Source: Spirochaetaceae bacterium
Lineage (GTDB): Bacteria; Spirochaetota; Spirochaetia; DSM-2461
NCBI GenBank assembly: GCA_051531975.1
Contig: JAOPTT010000006.1
Span: 96,656-160,655 of the forward strand
Reading direction: 5' to 3'
DNA: 64,000 nt
Shown here: one piece after another, positions 60,284 to 64,000 of the stretch
How the letters are laid out: each line of letters opens with the position of its first letter
How positions within the stretch are numbered: position 1 is the first letter of the stretch
Notes under the pieces: model-generated
What the model was told of the DNA's origin: nothing
Seen by the model: the letters and a program-made list of their open reading frames with translations, nothing else
Database searches by the model: none
Program-made: the position numbers and the translations under genes

Positions 60284-61189
60284 TTAGTGAAGGGCATAAT
60301 ATTCCATTTTTTGGTACTTCTATCATGAACAGCTAAAAGTTTATCAGTTTCATGTTTAGATTCAATAATTCCAGACCTCTTAAAAGAAGAATCTTTAGAA
60401 ACCACAAGAATATGGTATTTAGCAGGCAGACTAGAAAATGAGTCTGTGTTTATTAGAAAATCACCAATAAGAAAACCTCACCATGCAGCATCATTAGAAG
60501 GTTTAGTTGGTGGTGGTAAACATCATCAGCCAGGTGAAATATCTTTAGCACATAACTGTTACCTATTTTTAGATGAAATCACAAAGTTTAAATCTTCCAT
60601 AATTCAAAGTCTAAAATAACCTATGGAGGAGAGAAGGGTATCTTTAAATAGAGCCACAGTTTCAACTTGGTACCCTGCAAACTTCAGACTAATAGCAACA
60701 GCAAACCCATGCCCTTGTGCAAACTTAGGTAAAGAAGATGGTATCTGCTTGTGTTCCGAAAAGGAGATTAGACGTCATTGGAAACGAATGGGTGGAGCTA
60801 TAATGGATAGAATTGTTATTAGACTTCCTGTAACACCTGTTTTTACAAAAGTCATGATTGGGCAGAAAGGGGCAAATTCTAAGGATATAAAGGCGAAGGT
60901 TGATATTGCTGTTAACAGTCAAAGATCATGATATAAAGACTCTTTAATAACCTGGAATGCCATAATACCATCTGGTGAAATTGATAAGTTTTGTTATCTA
61001 TCTGAAGAATTAAAACAGATGTTTATTAAAGGTGTTAATTCACTATCCTTATCATCTAGAGGTTGCCACTCAGTACTTAAATGTAGAACCATAGCTGATT
61101 TAGATGAATCCATAAACATAACATAAAAACATATATTAGAGGCATTTACATATAGAAGGTATGGAGATGAGGATTATTATTTTAATTAG
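60284..61189 (+). pseudogene. comM: Partial comM duplicate (3' ~60%), nonsense-disrupted
   Basis: Colinear with 54680-55584 to the stop codon; stops at 60617, 60929, 61124; Walker A region degraded. Confidence 0.93.
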
Positions 61190-61382
61190 AATAAGTCTTA
61201 TCAGTTTAATAAAAGATACTAATAAGCCAGAATAGTTAAAATAATAAAGTTTACTAAATGAGTTACGTAACATTCTATTATTTAATAATCTTGATGAGTA
61301 AATGGATAAGTTTGTTAAACATATATATTTGTTTTACAATTAAATTAAATATCATTAATATGTATAAATTAGGTGGTGTCTA

Positions 61383-62360
61383 ATGAATGTTAATAATAGA
61401 ATTAACATGTATTTTGTTACATTTCTTATAGTATTTTTCTTAATTGGATGTGTTGGAACTCCTTCTGTTGAAAAAGAACAAAGGCTTGCTTTTAATGGTT
61501 CTACTATAAATAATAGATTAACATTAGAGGGTAAAAGCATTACTTTACCCGAGGATTGGTCTTTTGTTCATAATATAGATAAAGAGGGGACTCTATTTAA
61601 TTTTCGTTCACCTGAAGGTATCGAGGGAGGACTTGAATATATCTCTTTTGATTATGAAATAGATATTGAAGAGCTAAATGACTTTTACAAAGACTTTGTA
61701 TTTCAATCTGATGAAAGAATTCATGTTAGTAAAATTGAACATGATAAATTGGGTAGTGTTACTAGCTTTACGGGTATTGCTAATAATCGAAATATTTATA
61801 CTCTTTTATTAAGTGAAGGAAGCAATGTTACTTTTATATATTTCTCTAGTTCCGAAGACTTTCCTATAACAACTCAAGAAATATCAATAATCCTAGATAC
61901 ATATTCCATTGAAGATAGGAGTTGGATGTCCGTACGAGAAAAACCGGGTATGCCATTATTTTCCAGTGTTGATAATACCTGGATTTGGTATAATGATTTT
62001 AAAGATGGATTTTACATAGCTAAAGATATAGAAGATGCTTATGGAGATATTATTGCTGGGATATGGTCGTTAACAACTTTAGAACTTGATGAACTTAAAA
62101 ACAGAGATGAATTTAATATACAACCCTTTACATATAACTTTACGATTCAAAATAAAGATATTCTTTGTACTGTTTATGGGCAAAAAAGTAGTTCTGATGA
62201 TTCTTCTTTGTATATCATCTTCGAACTAAACGGTACTACATATTGTCTTAATTTGATGCAGAATGTTATTGAAGCTGATATCAATCCTAGTACATTATTA
62301 GTAAAACTGAATATACAAGAACTATTTGACTATTATTTACTATTTTCTGAGGGTATATAA
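61383..62360 (+). CDS. Hypothetical lipoprotein
   Basis: Lipobox LIGC; SD AGGTGG. Confidence 0.7.
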   Translation: MNVNNRINMYFVTFLIVFFLIGCVGTPSVEKEQRLAFNGSTINNRLTLEGKSITLPEDWSFVHNIDKEGTLFNFRSPEGIEGGLEYISFDYEIDIEELNDFYKDFVFQSDERIHVSKIEHDKLGSVTSFTGIANNRNIYTLLLSEGSNVTFIYFSSSEDFPITTQEISIILDTYSIEDRSWMSVREKPGMPLFSSVDNTWIWYNDFKDGFYIAKDIEDAYGDIIAGIWSLTTLELDELKNRDEFNIQPFTYNFTIQNKDILCTVYGQKSSSDDSSLYIIFELNGTTYCLNLMQNVIEADINPSTLLVKLNIQELFDYYLLFSEGI

Positions 62361-62361
62361 A

Positions 62362-63951
62362 ATGAAAAAATTATTAGTTCTTATTACCTTTTATATATAT
62401 GTTTTTACTATTTTTTCAGAATCTAAACCTATAGTACAGATTGATCCTATAGTTAATATGTCAGAAGAAGATTGGTTAGAAGCTCTGTGCATTAAAACAG
62501 CCAATTCAGTTAGTTTAACGCTTAAACTACTGGGTAGGTTTGATGTTTCTATGGACATTCCAGATGAAATAGAACTGATAGATATAGATGTACTTAGAAT
62601 TAGAGCTGAAACAGAAGGTTATGATAATATCATTTTTGGATCCTGCTCTTTTATTGATGGTAACTATATAATATCCATGAACGCCTATGATAGAGCTTTA
62701 AATAAAATAACATACTCAAATTCAACAACAGTAGAATCTATTTTTGATACACTAGATGCAATTGATCAGATAATAGATAAGACTGTAGAAGGCTTTTCTG
62801 GAATACATGTTACATATGGAAGCCTTAAACTAATACCTCCTACTACAGGTGAACCTATTAGTTTTACAATCGATAATGTTGCTCTACCAACTGGTGTATT
62901 TACAATTGAGAAGATACCATCTGGTGTTCATCAGGTGGCTGTTACCCAAAATAGACCTTTGGGATTGCATGTCGCAACTCATGATATTGTTATAGACGAA
63001 AAAATTAATAATCAAATACCAATACCAATTACACTAATTACTAAAGAAGAATCTATTATATTTAATAATGCAGACAATAATCTAAGAAATGCAACATTAG
63101 AAGAAAATATTAATTCTACTTCAATATTTGAAGATATTAACATTCTCACATCGTCAACTTTTTTTAAAGAGTTCCGTCCAGACATAGTTTATAAATATGA
63201 GAAATGGAAATCCTTAATAAATGATATAAAGGATTATAGTAATCAAACAGATAAAAATATAAGAAAAAGAGGTTCAAATTCAATTTGGAATAAGCAGGCT
63301 AATCCTATTGTAGATAACATTGTCGTTAGTTTAACGTCTCAATTCGAAATTAAACCAGATAGAAAGTTACTAAAAAAAGTTAATAAGATACTACCTGATT
63401 TTAAGACTATAACTATTGATGGTAAGGCTGATGATTGGGAGGATGTTACTTCTGGTTACTTAGATCCTATTGGAGACTCCAATTTAACCTCGTTTAAATC
63501 AAAAAAAGGTAGTGATATTATTGAAGTAAAGTATGCGATAGATACAAAATATTTATATATAATGTTGCGGTCAGCAGATGAACAGTATATAAATCAAGGC
63601 TTAGTACATACTTTAGGACTTTATGGAAAAAAATCTACATATTATAACTATCACTTATACAGAGAAGACAATCTTTGGGTTGGAATATCAAACATCAATG
63701 AACGAGATTTTGTTTCGTGGGATACTATGGAAACAAAATTAAAGTTTAGGAAAGGTGAAATATTTGAAACAGCTATACATTTAAATACATTAATAGAATC
63801 TTCGGCTTTTAGTACTGAAATGAGATCATATATAGGTATGCACTTCGATAATATAAATGATAATAAATGGGAGCTAGTTGATGAAATAAATACGAAACAT
63901 AAAATAGTTTTTCCATTAGTTGAATTGTTAATAAAGAAAGAAAATAAATAA
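62362..63951 (+). CDS. Secreted protein: N-terminal TolB-N/CsgG-like region, PEGA-like middle, C-terminal DOMON/CBM9-like domain
   Basis: Signal peptide MKKLL; IIFGS..F....Y.I...AYD; IPSGVHQV; ITIDGKADDW...DPIGD...D.KYLYI. Confidence 0.55.
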   Translation: MKKLLVLITFYIYVFTIFSESKPIVQIDPIVNMSEEDWLEALCIKTANSVSLTLKLLGRFDVSMDIPDEIELIDIDVLRIRAETEGYDNIIFGSCSFIDGNYIISMNAYDRALNKITYSNSTTVESIFDTLDAIDQIIDKTVEGFSGIHVTYGSLKLIPPTTGEPISFTIDNVALPTGVFTIEKIPSGVHQVAVTQNRPLGLHVATHDIVIDEKINNQIPIPITLITKEESIIFNNADNNLRNATLEENINSTSIFEDINILTSSTFFKEFRPDIVYKYEKWKSLINDIKDYSNQTDKNIRKRGSNSIWNKQANPIVDNIVVSLTSQFEIKPDRKLLKKVNKILPDFKTITIDGKADDWEDVTSGYLDPIGDSNLTSFKSKKGSDIIEVKYAIDTKYLYIMLRSADEQYINQGLVHTLGLYGKKSTYYNYHLYREDNLWVGISNINERDFVSWDTMETKLKFRKGEIFETAIHLNTLIESSAFSTEMRSYIGMHFDNINDNKWELVDEINTKHKIVFPLVELLIKKENK

Positions 63952-64000
63952 TAGAAATATTTAGCATAATATTTTTGGTACTGATTATGTTAGAATTCAG

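Noticed and set aside
60623..60931. 102-aa ORF as a functional mini-ComM
   Set aside because: Simply the stretch between two nonsense mutations of the pseudogene; no SD, and DRID is changed to DRIV.
54680..61189. comM/pseudo-comM as DGR template/variable repeats
   Set aside because: Differences are not adenine-specific, mostly third-position, and no reverse transcriptase is present.
1..64000. tRNA, rRNA or sigma54 -24/-12 promoters
   Set aside because: No cloverleaf or rRNA-like GC-rich segment seen; the TGGCAC hits noticed were intragenic and lacked the TTGC element.

Overview
Low-GC bacterial chromosome segment, almost certainly from a free-living spirochaete (FlaA sheath protein, spiro-SPASM protein, cmk-rpsA fusion, tandem CheX, many lipoproteins). 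Bases 1-55.6 kb are dense, mostly housekeeping genes. They include a giant membrane PP2C/SpoIIE phosphatase, xseAB, a spiro-SPASM/SpsF/SpsG-methyltransferase/ATP-grasp cluster ahead of an amidase and flaA, ABC/MFS/SulP transporters, pgm, cheX x2-rubrerythrin-VIT1, asd-lysC, a JAB-DinG helicase, an EF-G paralogue, scpAB-rluB-cmk/rpsA, an lpoB operon, ridA and comM. From 55.6 kb the region is accessory. A ~4.7 kb island lies between intact comM and a diverged, nonsense-disrupted copy of the 3' ~60% of comM. It holds at least four decayed copies of an rve-integrase IS-like element, a lipoprotein gene and a MORN-repeat gene. Two secreted-protein genes follow. No rRNA, tRNA or CRISPR array was seen. 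All calls come from reading motifs by eye; no database search was run.
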